Source: a virus
Length of the DNA stretch: 10,031 nt
Virus genome (UHGV): UHGV-1820336
Reading direction: 5' to 3' (one strand)
Below are positions 1-6,687 of the stretch, in pieces. Both the position numbers and the translations under genes were made by a program. The notes under the pieces were generated by a model. The model was not told where the DNA came from, did no database searches, and saw only the letters and a list, made by a program, of their open reading frames with translations. The number at the start of each line of letters is the position of its first letter. Positions within the stretch are counted from its first letter, which is position 1.

Positions 1-48
1 TTAACAGCTAACTCATAGCAACTCATTCCTATTCAGATACTAATTTAA

Positions 49-76
49 CCCTCTGTTTTTACAGAGGGTTTTTGTT
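49..76 (+). terminator. Rho-independent terminator-like hairpin upstream of the integrase gene
   Basis: Seen in sequence: 8-bp stem CCCTCTGT (49-56), loop TTTT, stem ACAGAGGG (61-68), followed by TTTTTGTTTTT. Likely ends transcription coming in from the left flank. Confidence 0.5.
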
Positions 77-135
77 TTTATGTATTCATTTCTATTCACT
101 CTACACCATATTTTTCTGCGGTACAGGTGACGGTA

Positions 136-150
136 TTACCTTAAAGGTAT
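136..150. promoter_or_regulatory. Imperfect copy of the TTACC-N5-GGTAA palindrome (TTACC-TTAAA-GGTAT) upstream of the integrase gene
   Basis: Seen in sequence; 9/10 match to the palindrome found at the immunity region. Overlaps a second inverted repeat GGTAT-N6-ATACC (146-161). Function inferred only. Confidence 0.3.
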
Positions 151-192
151 ACTCTCATACCGTCATGAAAATGGTTTCTATACGGGTGAATT

Positions 193-1443
193 GTGCTTAC
201 CGATACAAAATTAAAAAACCTCAAGCCGCAGGACAAACTGTACAAGGTATCCGATCGTGACGGGCTGTATGTAGCTGTGCTTACGTCAGGCACGGTCTCG
301 TTTCGCTATGACTACCGTATCAACGGTCGCCGCGAAACACTGGTAATCGGGCAGTATGGGCGTGACGGTATCAGCCTGGCAGAAGCGCGAGAAGAACTGA
401 TTGCTGCAAAGAAGCTGCTTAAAGCAGGCCAGTCACCGGCTGCGGCTAAACGTGACGGTATCAAAAAGATTCGTGGTGCCGAGACGTTTGCGGTACATAC
501 CGACAGTTATATGAAACACGTCATCCTGGCTGACAGTACCCGCGCAATGAAGCAGGCGGTGATCGACCGTGACATACTTCCGGTTCTTGGCAACAAAATG
601 ATGGCTGAAATTACCACATCGATGGTTCGTGATTTGTGTGGCCGGATTGTCGAACGTGGTGGTCGGGCAACAGCAGTACAGGCCAGGGAGATCATCAGCA
701 GCGTATACCGTCACGCCAATGACCGTGGTCATGGTTTGTTTAATCCTGCGGCTGACATTAAACCTTCGTCTATCGCCATATTTAAACCACGAGAGCGAAC
801 ACTGACACCAGAAGAAATTGGCCTGTTCTTCCGCACGTTGGATGCCATTGGTGCTATGGGCACTATGAAAATGGCTTTAAAACTGGTGCTTATCACTATG
901 GTTCGTAAGGGCGAATTCACCAATGCAACGTGGGATGAAATAGATTTTAAAAAATGGACATGGACAATTCCTTCAGACCGCATGAAGGGAAGCCGGGCGC
1001 ATGTTATTTACCTGCCTAAACAGGCTCAGGATATATTGGTCGGGTTGCAGATGTGCGCTGGTGGAAGTGAATATCTGGTTCCTGGTCGTTACAATTTCAG
1101 GAAGCCATTATCTAATGCCGCGCTGAACTCTCTGATCGACAGAACGGTGAAAATAATAAATGAAGATGGTGAGAATATTCAGGACTTCACCGTACACGAT
1201 ATGCGCCGTACAGCCAGTACGTTGTTGCATGAGGCTGGTTATCCTTCAGACTGGATTGAAAAGGCTCTGGCACATGAGCAGAAAGGTGTGCGCGCCGTAT
1301 ATAACAAAGCGGAATACGCCAGACAGCGCGCCTACATGTTGCAGCAGTGGTCCGATATGATTGATTCCTGGATTAACGGGGAGCATACGGATCTGATTCC
1401 GTTCTCCCCGTCGAAGTTTGAGAAGTGGATGGCGGGGGAATAA
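193..1443 (+). CDS. int: Tyrosine site-specific integrase, P4/CP4-57-like
   Basis: 416-aa ORF. N-terminus (TDTKLKNLKP...YKVSDRDGLYVAV...FRYDYRINGRRETLVIGQY) is typical of the DUF4102-type integrase arm-binding domain. C-terminus has H-x-x-R (VHDMRRT) and a tyrosine in VRAVYNKAEY consistent with the catalytic motifs. Start is GTG at 193 with a weak SD; exact start uncertain. Confidence 0.9.
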   Translation: MLTDTKLKNLKPQDKLYKVSDRDGLYVAVLTSGTVSFRYDYRINGRRETLVIGQYGRDGISLAEAREELIAAKKLLKAGQSPAAAKRDGIKKIRGAETFAVHTDSYMKHVILADSTRAMKQAVIDRDILPVLGNKMMAEITTSMVRDLCGRIVERGGRATAVQAREIISSVYRHANDRGHGLFNPAADIKPSSIAIFKPRERTLTPEEIGLFFRTLDAIGAMGTMKMALKLVLITMVRKGEFTNATWDEIDFKKWTWTIPSDRMKGSRAHVIYLPKQAQDILVGLQMCAGGSEYLVPGRYNFRKPLSNAALNSLIDRTVKIINEDGENIQDFTVHDMRRTASTLLHEAGYPSDWIEKALAHEQKGVRAVYNKAEYARQRAYMLQQWSDMIDSWINGEHTDLIPFSPSKFEKWMAGE

Positions 1444-1446
1444 CGT

Positions 1447-1641
1447 TTAATAGTCCTGCTGATTTTCTTCCATCTCTGCTTCTGCTGCCAGTGATTCAAT
1501 TTTGTTTTCGAATATTGCTGACAGTGTTGCAAATTCAGCATCAGTGACAGCGGGAATTGGAACAAACCTGATCCCGCTGTGTGCAAGCATGTTTGCAGTT
1601 TCAAGGCATTTCCTTAAATCTGCTGGTGATGCCCTGTTCAT
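1447..1641 (-). CDS. Hypothetical small protein (64 aa), last gene of the leftward operon
   Basis: ATG at 1641..1639 overlaps the TGA stop of the upstream methyltransferase (ATGA overlap), implying translational coupling. No family recognised. The six-frame ORF extends further upstream, but that extension overlaps the methyltransferase. Confidence 0.5.
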   Translation of the reverse strand: MNRASPADLRKCLETANMLAHSGIRFVPIPAVTDAEFATLSAIFENKIESLAAEAEMEENQQDY

Positions 1642-2288
1642 GCTGCACGCTCCCGCCCCTGGTTGTCTGTTGGTGACAGCGGAGCATTGCTGAATGCATT
1701 TGTTAATCTGGCAATATCCAACGCGTATCCAGGGTGTAGTTGCACTGCCGGGTCTTCGCACTGATTACCCCAAACATCGAAGCCATGAGACGACTGGCGG
1801 GCGAACAGTTCAATGCGAGAAACATCGCCTAACAATTGCACAAGTTTTTCACGAACGACATCTGGTTTTCTTGAATGCTCAAGCCGCGGTGCGGTAAATG
1901 ACTGAACGATCCCTGCATTAATGCGCGTAGGTAGTTTTCCCTTAACTGCAAACAGGCAATCTTCACTATTGGCGCGAGTCATGTGCCCCATACCCATAAC
2001 CAGTTTATCTGGTTGTCGACTACCACATTTTATCCACGTGAAGCCCTTCATGGTCATCAGACGGAATCCCCAGGCTTCAACAACTTTTAGTGCTTCGAGT
2101 GGTTGTGTTGGCACCCACCACATGGCCAACAGACAGTTTTCACCGGCCAAATCCCACACAGGAAGGCGGCAGATATCCAGCACACTCATAACCGGATATT
2201 TAAAACCGGCACCGCGATTACCATCTGCGGCTTTGTCCCGGTATACCCAGGGTGGATCTGCATAGATTAGTGTGTATTTCTTAGTCAT
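1638..2288 (-). CDS. MT-A70 family N6-adenine DNA methyltransferase (orphan, phage-type)
   Basis: Protein begins MTKKYTLIYADPPW; DPPW is the catalytic motif of MT-A70/Dam-like m6A methyltransferases. ATG at 2288..2286 overlaps the stop of the upstream ORF (TTTATGACTAA). The ORF track's GTG start at 2300 is an alternative. No restriction endonuclease partner is seen in the window. Confidence 0.85.
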   Translation of the reverse strand: MTKKYTLIYADPPWVYRDKAADGNRGAGFKYPVMSVLDICRLPVWDLAGENCLLAMWWVPTQPLEALKVVEAWGFRLMTMKGFTWIKCGSRQPDKLVMGMGHMTRANSEDCLFAVKGKLPTRINAGIVQSFTAPRLEHSRKPDVVREKLVQLLGDVSRIELFARQSSHGFDVWGNQCEDPAVQLHPGYALDIARLTNAFSNAPLSPTDNQGRERAA

Positions 2289-2580
2289 AAACCACCCCAC
2301 AACATCCTATGCCGCTATAGTCGCCACGGCGAAGGCCGTTACCTTTTGTGATACATTGGTCCCTGCGAACCGCGATCCTTGCACGCTCAACATCACCAGA
2401 AGCAACATCCATACACTGAAGCCAAAGGTGGGCGGCAATGCGGAACTGCCCTTTTTTCTCTCTTTCAATCGCGCGTTTTTCGATCTCTATCGCCGCAGGA
2501 GTAACGGCAACAACCTTTGAATGGCTGCGCATTGAAACCTTGTTCATGTGATATTTTTCAAGTCGGCTTAACTTTCTCAC
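2281..2580 (-). CDS. Hypothetical protein, start uncertain
   Basis: ORF in operon context between the AlpA-like gene and the methyltransferase, with its stop overlapping the methyltransferase start. Candidate starts: GTG 2580, ATG 2547, ATG 2532 (the last has an AAGG SD-like element). No family recognised. Confidence 0.45.
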   Translation of the reverse strand: MRKLSRLEKYHMNKVSMRSHSKVVAVTPAAIEIEKRAIEREKKGQFRIAAHLWLQCMDVASGDVERARIAVRRDQCITKGNGLRRGDYSGIGCCGVVYD

Positions 2581-2689
2581 TTAATCCAACCCTCTCTGAA
2601 AATTAATGCCAGCAGATAAAGCCATGCTGAAACAGAGGCCAGGAATAAGTACCATCCTGACCATTTGCTCCAGTGCCTTAGCAGCGCAC

Positions 2690-2938
2690 TCATGCAGCGT
2701 TGCTCACAGGACGATATACACGTTGCTGAACAGGAGGTTTTTTACCCTGGAACTCTGCCGGGCTTGCTGCCTGACGTTCATCAAGCCAACGCTCAACTTC
2801 ATCACGGTTCCATGCGCAGCGTTTATCGGTGATATACCAGCGTTTAGGAAATTCCCCTGCGCGCTCCATACGGTCGATAGTGCTCCATGACAGTGGCACC
2901 ACCGCCAGGAGTTCCTTCTTACCTAATGCACCTTTCAT
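2690..2938 (-). CDS. AlpA-family DNA-binding regulator / excisionase-like protein
   Basis: 82 aa. The segment LLAVVPLSWSTIDRMERAGEFPKRWYITDKRCAWNRDEVERWL matches the architecture of the phage AlpA / Xis-type winged-helix domain. Good SD (AGAGAGG) upstream of ATG at 2938. Confidence 0.8.
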   Translation of the reverse strand: MKGALGKKELLAVVPLSWSTIDRMERAGEFPKRWYITDKRCAWNRDEVERWLDERQAASPAEFQGKKPPVQQRVYRPVSNAA

Positions 2939-2960
2939 AAATACCTCTCTTGGTTGCAGT

Positions 2961-2979
2961 GCGGCGCGCGTGGCGCCGC
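2961..2979. other. GC-rich perfect hairpin between the annealing-protein and AlpA-like genes
   Basis: Seen in sequence: GCGGCGC (2961-2967), loop GCGTG, GCGCCGC (2973-2979). No flanking T-run on either strand, so not a canonical intrinsic terminator. Confidence 0.4.
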
Positions 2980-2987
2980 GGTGGTGG

Positions 2988-3929
2988 TTACATAGATGTT
3001 TCGTTTAATTCTTCCCGACGAACGCTGTAAACGTCGGTGGCTTTTGCCAGCAGTTCGTCATCATCTGAAAGTTTTTGTGCAATGTATTTGTAAGCCTTAT
3101 CCAGTTCGGAGACAGTGCTGTAATTCATCGCTGCGCTGGTAAAGGCCATCAGCATTTCTTCTGGATCACGGCTATCCGATTTACGCGTTTGCTCATCAGG
3201 CTTTTTCGCTGGTTTAGCGTTGATCAGACTGTTCATTCCCGCAGCAGTGGTCGTTTGCGGAGTAATGTCTCGCTCAACGCGCGGTGCCGTTTCCTGTAAT
3301 TCGTCTGGGGTGTAGACGCCCATGATTACGTCAGGACAGTGCAGGCGAGACCAGCGTTTTGTCGCAAGGTATGCGAGTTGTTGTTTCGGATCACTGGCCC
3401 AAAGTGTGGAGTTTCTTACCTGTGCTTGAGACAGCATTAACTCAAGCACTCGAGGTTGATCCTCGCCCTTCATGGTTGCCCATACGCGAACACCGCAGCC
3501 TTCTTCGTCTTTTAGAGTCCAGCCTGGTGCGATATATGGATTGCCGTTTTTGGATGTTTTCTCAACAAACTTACCGATCACGCGTTCCCACGGCCCGAAC
3601 CACTCGTAGTTGATGCGATCTTTTGTTGGCGACATCGTTGAGATAACTGCGTTTACTAATTGGGCTTCATAACCTAGCGTGCCGTTCACAACATGGGTTT
3701 TCTGAGCCACGGCAAACGGGTTCATTCCCCACTGCGCAGCCTGCATTGCCACGGCCATGCAATCAGCTGGTTTCCCGGCGAGGTGCGCCGGTACCGTTAC
3801 GCGGCTTTGCGCCATTACCTCGGCGAATTTCATCAGTTGGTTCAAGCCGTCTGGGCTGAAAATAGTTGCAGCAGTTCCAGCGATTGCTGTGTCTACTGGT
3901 GCGTTGATGTTTGCGATGTCGTTGCTCAT
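2988..3929 (-). CDS. Redbeta/Bet (RecT-superfamily) single-strand annealing recombinase
   Basis: Protein from MSNDIANINAP. Shares recognisable motifs with lambda Bet as recalled from memory: NPF/NPW, W-x-S-x-PK-x-x-L...KRW, GVYTPDE versus GIYDKDE, and ERDITP. ATG at 3929 overlaps the TGA of the upstream exonuclease gene (ATGA). Confidence 0.85.
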   Translation of the reverse strand: MSNDIANINAPVDTAIAGTAATIFSPDGLNQLMKFAEVMAQSRVTVPAHLAGKPADCMAVAMQAAQWGMNPFAVAQKTHVVNGTLGYEAQLVNAVISTMSPTKDRINYEWFGPWERVIGKFVEKTSKNGNPYIAPGWTLKDEEGCGVRVWATMKGEDQPRVLELMLSQAQVRNSTLWASDPKQQLAYLATKRWSRLHCPDVIMGVYTPDELQETAPRVERDITPQTTTAAGMNSLINAKPAKKPDEQTRKSDSRDPEEMLMAFTSAAMNYSTVSELDKAYKYIAQKLSDDDELLAKATDVYSVRREELNETSM

Positions 3930-4747
3930 ATGTACATATCCTGTTTGCGTGCCCACTCAGGGCGTTTAATGATTTCCACACCGCCCCATTCATCATTGAT
4001 ACGGCATTCGTGATAGGTATTCAGATCCCGGCGGAACAGAGCGTGCCCGGCATCGACATCCTGCGCATCCAGCTCGAACACGCGTACCGGATACCGACCA
4101 CAATCAATGCTTTCGCTCACGGCAAGAAAGAAAAAACCATGCGGCTGACCAGTAACCCTCATTGCGCCTTCGCGGTACATTGCGTCCTGCACGTGGTAGC
4201 GGAATTCCTCGATGTGGCGTGCAAAACGGTCCATATCTGCAACCTTTTTCACGTCGACGATCACGTTGTGCTCGTTCAGCCATTTGTCTGGACGAATTCG
4301 GCACAACTCCCCCGTCTCTTCATCGTTCCAGTACATTGATGCTTCGCAGTAACCAGGTGCTTCCAGCATCCAGCGTGCCGCCGGGTGAGCCATTGCGCTA
4401 TCACGCATCAGCTCCAGTTTCCGCCACTGCTCGGCATCAAGTACCGTAATCCCCATATCCGCCACATCACGAAGAAATTCCTCTTCGTCAGCTTTACCTT
4501 GTTTCGTCCGACGATCGAATTTCGGTGAAACAATGAAGCGTTTGTCGAACTCTCCAGGCTCCAGAAGCAGACAGTGCAATGCGGTTCCCATATCCAGTGC
4601 AGACTTTTTCTCTTCGTCTTCTGGTGCTGCCTGAACCCATTTAAGAAGCGCCGGATTCTTGGCAACCATGTCCAGTTGCGACTTACTCACGCCGTCACCG
4701 GCGTGGTAGTCTTCGTTGCTGATGTCGAAATAAATTCCCGGTTTCAT
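3926..4747 (-). CDS. PD-(D/E)XK family recombination exonuclease, RecE C-terminal-domain-like (DUF3799-type)
   Basis: 273 aa. N-terminus MKPGIYFDISNEDYHAGDGVSKSQLDMVAKNPALLKW...LDMGTALHCLLLEP is typical of RecE-like / exodeoxyribonuclease VIII-type phage nucleases. Sits immediately upstream of, and coupled to, the annealing protein. Family assignment from memory, not searched. Confidence 0.75.
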   Translation of the reverse strand: MKPGIYFDISNEDYHAGDGVSKSQLDMVAKNPALLKWVQAAPEDEEKKSALDMGTALHCLLLEPGEFDKRFIVSPKFDRRTKQGKADEEEFLRDVADMGITVLDAEQWRKLELMRDSAMAHPAARWMLEAPGYCEASMYWNDEETGELCRIRPDKWLNEHNVIVDVKKVADMDRFARHIEEFRYHVQDAMYREGAMRVTGQPHGFFFLAVSESIDCGRYPVRVFELDAQDVDAGHALFRRDLNTYHECRINDEWGGVEIIKRPEWARKQDMYI

Positions 4748-5043
4748 GCCGCGTCCCTCTGCCCATCAAGCTGATCAGCCAGATCCCAGCGGGCGATAAT
4801 TGCCATTGCCTCGCGCCGGTAGGCATCCATTAGTTCTTCGAACTCAGGGCTGTCTTTAGCGGCCTCCAGTACTTCCTGGCGAACGCCTTTAACTGTTACA
4901 ACGTCGAAAGTTGATGCCAGTTGATGAAGCCGGATACTCTCAATCAGTTCAACTTGTCGGTCATATAGCTGTTCTGACAGACGGTAGTCCTTGTCGAATG
5001 CCAGCATGATTTTTTGAAGATTTTTCTGCTGATTAACGTTCAT
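4744..5043 (-). CDS. Hypothetical protein (99 aa) upstream of the exonuclease
   Basis: ATG at 5043..5041 preceded by GGGAGGG SD. Stop overlaps the exonuclease start (ATGA). Acidic protein, no family recognised; position suggests a possible host-nuclease inhibitor but that is speculation. Confidence 0.55.
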   Translation of the reverse strand: MNVNQQKNLQKIMLAFDKDYRLSEQLYDRQVELIESIRLHQLASTFDVVTVKGVRQEVLEAAKDSPEFEELMDAYRREAMAIIARWDLADQLDGQRDAA

Positions 5044-5045
5044 TA

Positions 5046-5198
5046 TCAGCCCTCCCATATCTCGTTATCGTTGGCCACATCGCGAGCTTCTTTGCTGACG
5101 AAAGCCCACTTAATGCCTTCCTGTAAGGTGCGGAACTTCCAGCTCATGAATCCGCATGCAGTAACGCAGTACCAACCGTTGATGATTTTCCACTGCAT
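5046..5198 (-). CDS. Small ORF (50 aa), first gene downstream of the candidate PL promoter; absent from the supplied ORF track (below length cutoff)
   Basis: ATG at 5198..5196 with GAGGTAA SD 9 nt upstream. Product MQWKIINGWYCVTACGFMSWKFRTLQEGIKWAFVSKEARDVANDNEIWEG. Stop TGA at 5048..5046, 2 nt before the next gene's ATG. Not arginine-rich, so not N-like. Confidence 0.4.
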   Translation of the reverse strand: MQWKIINGWYCVTACGFMSWKFRTLQEGIKWAFVSKEARDVANDNEIWEG

Positions 5199-5217
5199 AA
5201 CTTGTTACCTCGGTCTG

Positions 5218-5294
5218 TTACCGTTGAGGTAATAATTATGCGTATATGGTTTGATGTCAATAGATATGAGTTAAAAAAATTACCCGTTAGGTAA
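5218..5294. promoter_or_regulatory. OL-like region: two perfect operator palindromes flanking a candidate leftward promoter
   Basis: TTACC-GTTGA-GGTAA at 5218-5232 and TTACC-CGTTA-GGTAA at 5280-5294, centres 62 bp apart. Between them on the - strand is a perfect -35 TTGACA (5260..5255) and an AT-rich -10 region (around 5232-5240; hexamer assignment ambiguous). Confidence 0.6.
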
Positions 5295-5304
5295 TCGAAT
5301 AGGC

Positions 5305-5331
5305 AATAAAAAAGCCGCCATAAGGCGGCTT
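5305..5331 (-). terminator. Rho-independent terminator of the repressor gene
   Basis: Stem AAGCCGCC (5312-5319), loop ATAA, stem GGCGGCTT (5324-5331). On the - strand the hairpin is followed by TTTTTTATT. About 20 nt downstream of the repressor stop. Confidence 0.6.
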
Positions 5332-5351
5332 ACTTACTGAAAAATATGGTT

Positions 5352-5936
5352 TTATTGTTTGTTTTTTTCGTTCTGGTTGATGACAAATTCAATGTAACTT
5401 TCGATCTTTGCTTTCTCGGTTTCGGGTAACAATGCGTAGCGCGAGCGATCATAGTTGATGGTCGCAGGGTCGTGCGGGTGAATCAGTAATTCATAGCCGT
5501 GACGCCCGAATGCGGATGCAACATTCTCCAGGGTGGAAATGGAAACGCTGACCTCATTGTTTAACAGGCGGCTGATTGTCACCTGGGCTACGCCGGATGC
5601 GCGGTGAAGTTTTCCCTGTGTTGAAAGGTCGCGGCTTTCGCTCATCCAGCGTTCCAGGTTGTGAGCCGCCAGCTGGCCAATGTCGCTTGGGCCGACAGGC
5701 TGAAAACCTTCCTGAGAAAGCGAGCGATCGATATCAAGCCAGTTACGGGGTTTATTGGCGGCAGCTTCAATTTTTCGTGCAACCTGGTCGCCGATAACCT
5801 TCTTGCCAAGAGCCCAGCGGTTTACCAGATTTGCCTGAGTTCCAAGTTTTTCAGCCATCCGCGTCTGAACACCATTGAATTCACGGTCGATCAAGTCGTT
5901 GAGATTTTGCCTGCGGACGTCCTGGATACTTTTCAT
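5352..5936 (-). CDS. Phage repressor (CI-like function) with two predicted helix-turn-helix regions and no LexA/S24 peptidase domain
   Basis: 194 aa. N-terminal segment QTRMAEKLGTQANLVNRWALGKKVIGDQVARKIEAAANKPRNWLD and a second segment RASGVAQVTISRLLNNEVSVSISTLENVASAFG both resemble XRE/CI-type HTH motifs. Divergent from a Cro-like gene with operator palindromes in between. No Ala-Gly / Ser-Lys peptidase motifs recognised. Confidence 0.8.
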   Translation of the reverse strand: MKSIQDVRRQNLNDLIDREFNGVQTRMAEKLGTQANLVNRWALGKKVIGDQVARKIEAAANKPRNWLDIDRSLSQEGFQPVGPSDIGQLAAHNLERWMSESRDLSTQGKLHRASGVAQVTISRLLNNEVSVSISTLENVASAFGRHGYELLIHPHDPATINYDRSRYALLPETEKAKIESYIEFVINQNEKNKQ

Positions 5937-5991
5937 TTTCTGGAAAATCGCCTCATATATGAATCAGTAGATGATTCAATTTAAAGCAATA

Positions 5992-6054
5992 TTACCCAAC
6001 AGGTAAATGCACCCCACAGGTAACTATCCTTGATTTTTGTTACCTTATGGGTGA
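5992..6054. promoter_or_regulatory. OR-like region: three operator sites plus candidate PR
   Basis: Perfect TTACC-CAACA-GGTAA at 5992-6006. Imperfect GCACC-CCACA-GGTAA at 6009-6023 and TTACC-TTATG-GGTGA at 6040-6054. Centre spacings 17 and 31 bp. Candidate rightward promoter TTGTTA (6037-6042) -17- TATTAT (6060-6065), with an alternative -35 TTGATT at 6030-6035; the third site overlaps it. Confidence 0.6.
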
Positions 6055-6090
6055 ATATTTATTATCTGAAATAAATATCAGGCAATAGCT

Positions 6091-6321
6091 ATGAGCGATA
6101 ACGGACATTTCGATTTCAAAAAGCACTGGCTTGCACTTACTCCGGATGAGCGTGAAGCCTTCGCACAGGAAGCCGGAACGACGAGTCACTATATCCAGAC
6201 TCACTTAACAGGTAAGCGCAAAATGCCAGGTAAGGTATTGATGAATGGGCTTTTTAAAGCCTGTAAAACAAGACAATGGCTGCGCTCAAAAGCAGAATTG
6301 GCATACTTCTTCTACTCATGA
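6091..6321 (+). CDS. Cro-like small DNA-binding protein (YdaS/DUF1019-like HTH)
   Basis: 76 aa. Divergent from the repressor gene across the operator region. Segment EAFAQEAGTTSHYIQTHLTGKRKMPGKVL resembles Cro/YdaS-type HTH proteins. Weak SD. Confidence 0.65.
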   Translation: MSDNGHFDFKKHWLALTPDEREAFAQEAGTTSHYIQTHLTGKRKMPGKVLMNGLFKACKTRQWLRSKAELAYFFYS

Positions 6322-6342
6322 TATCCAGCCACAACCCTCTGT

Positions 6343-6366
6343 AGACCGCCATCCGGCGGTCTTTTC
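6343..6366 (+). terminator. Rho-independent terminator after the Cro-like gene (tR1-like position)
   Basis: Stem AGACCGCC (6343-6350), loop ATCC, stem GGCGGTCT (6355-6362), followed by TTTTCAT. Confidence 0.6.
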
Positions 6367-6376
6367 ATATCTATTC

Positions 6377-6437
6377 GTACCTCAAAGGTAATAAAAAACC
6401 AAATCTGGTTGATCTTTTTTTTGTGTCAGCACAAAAT
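6377..6437 (+). promoter_or_regulatory. Operator-like site plus candidate promoter for the zinc-ribbon / O / P genes
   Basis: GTACC-TCAAA-GGTAA at 6377-6391 (9/10). Then 17 bp to a candidate -35 TTGATC (6409-6414), 17-nt spacer, candidate -10 CAAAAT (6432-6437). Promoter call is weak. Confidence 0.35.
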
Positions 6438-6471
6438 GACCGTAATCCCAATACTAATAACAGGGCTTACC

Positions 6472-6672
6472 ATGGAAATCATTACACGTATTGATGCCGC
6501 AAAGCGCGGACTTAAACGCTACTACACCGGAAAAACATGTAAGCACGGACATGACAGTGAACGCTGGGTTTACAACGGACACTGTGTTGAGTGCACCATG
6601 GAATCAAACCGTCGTATCAGGGCAGAGATTAAGCAGATCATGATTAATTCCTCCCCACAACATTCAAGCTGA
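6472..6672 (+). CDS. Small putative zinc-binding protein (66 aa)
   Basis: MEIITRIDAAKRGLKRYYTGKTCKHGHDSERWVYNGHCVEC...: Cys/His cluster C-x-H-x-H-x10-H-C-x2-C. Occupies the position cII has in lambda but shows no similarity to cII. An in-frame ATG at 6436 is an alternative start. No clear SD. Confidence 0.5.
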   Translation: MEIITRIDAAKRGLKRYYTGKTCKHGHDSERWVYNGHCVECTMESNRRIRAEIKQIMINSSPQHSS

Positions 6673-6687
6673 TAGCGGAGATTAATC

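Noticed and set aside
1-100. tRNA or tmRNA 3' end at the left edge as integration target
   Set aside because: No T-loop or acceptor-stem pattern or CCA-proximal structure recognisable; only a terminator hairpin is evident.
72-260. 62-aa + strand ORF overlapping the integrase start region
   Set aside because: Different frame from the integrase and overlaps its 5' end; no SD; most likely a spurious frame.
3075-4774. Several + strand ORFs (for example 3911-4339, 4162-4449, 3693-4013) antisense to the exonuclease and annealing-protein genes
   Set aside because: They lie entirely within well-supported - strand genes that have recognisable protein families; typical antisense artefacts with no start-site signals.
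5046-5198. N-like antiterminator as the first gene of the leftward operon
   Set aside because: The 50-aa product is not arginine-rich and has no recognisable ARM motif; kept as a hypothetical small ORF only.
5238-5294. 18-aa + strand mini-ORF between the two OL-like operator sites
   Set aside because: Too short, lies in a promoter/operator region, and is probably coincidental.
6091-6672. The Cro-like gene and the small zinc-ribbon ORF as a toxin-antitoxin pair
   Set aside because: They are separated by a terminator and a candidate promoter, and the context (divergent from the repressor, upstream of replication genes) fits an immunity/early-regulatory role better.
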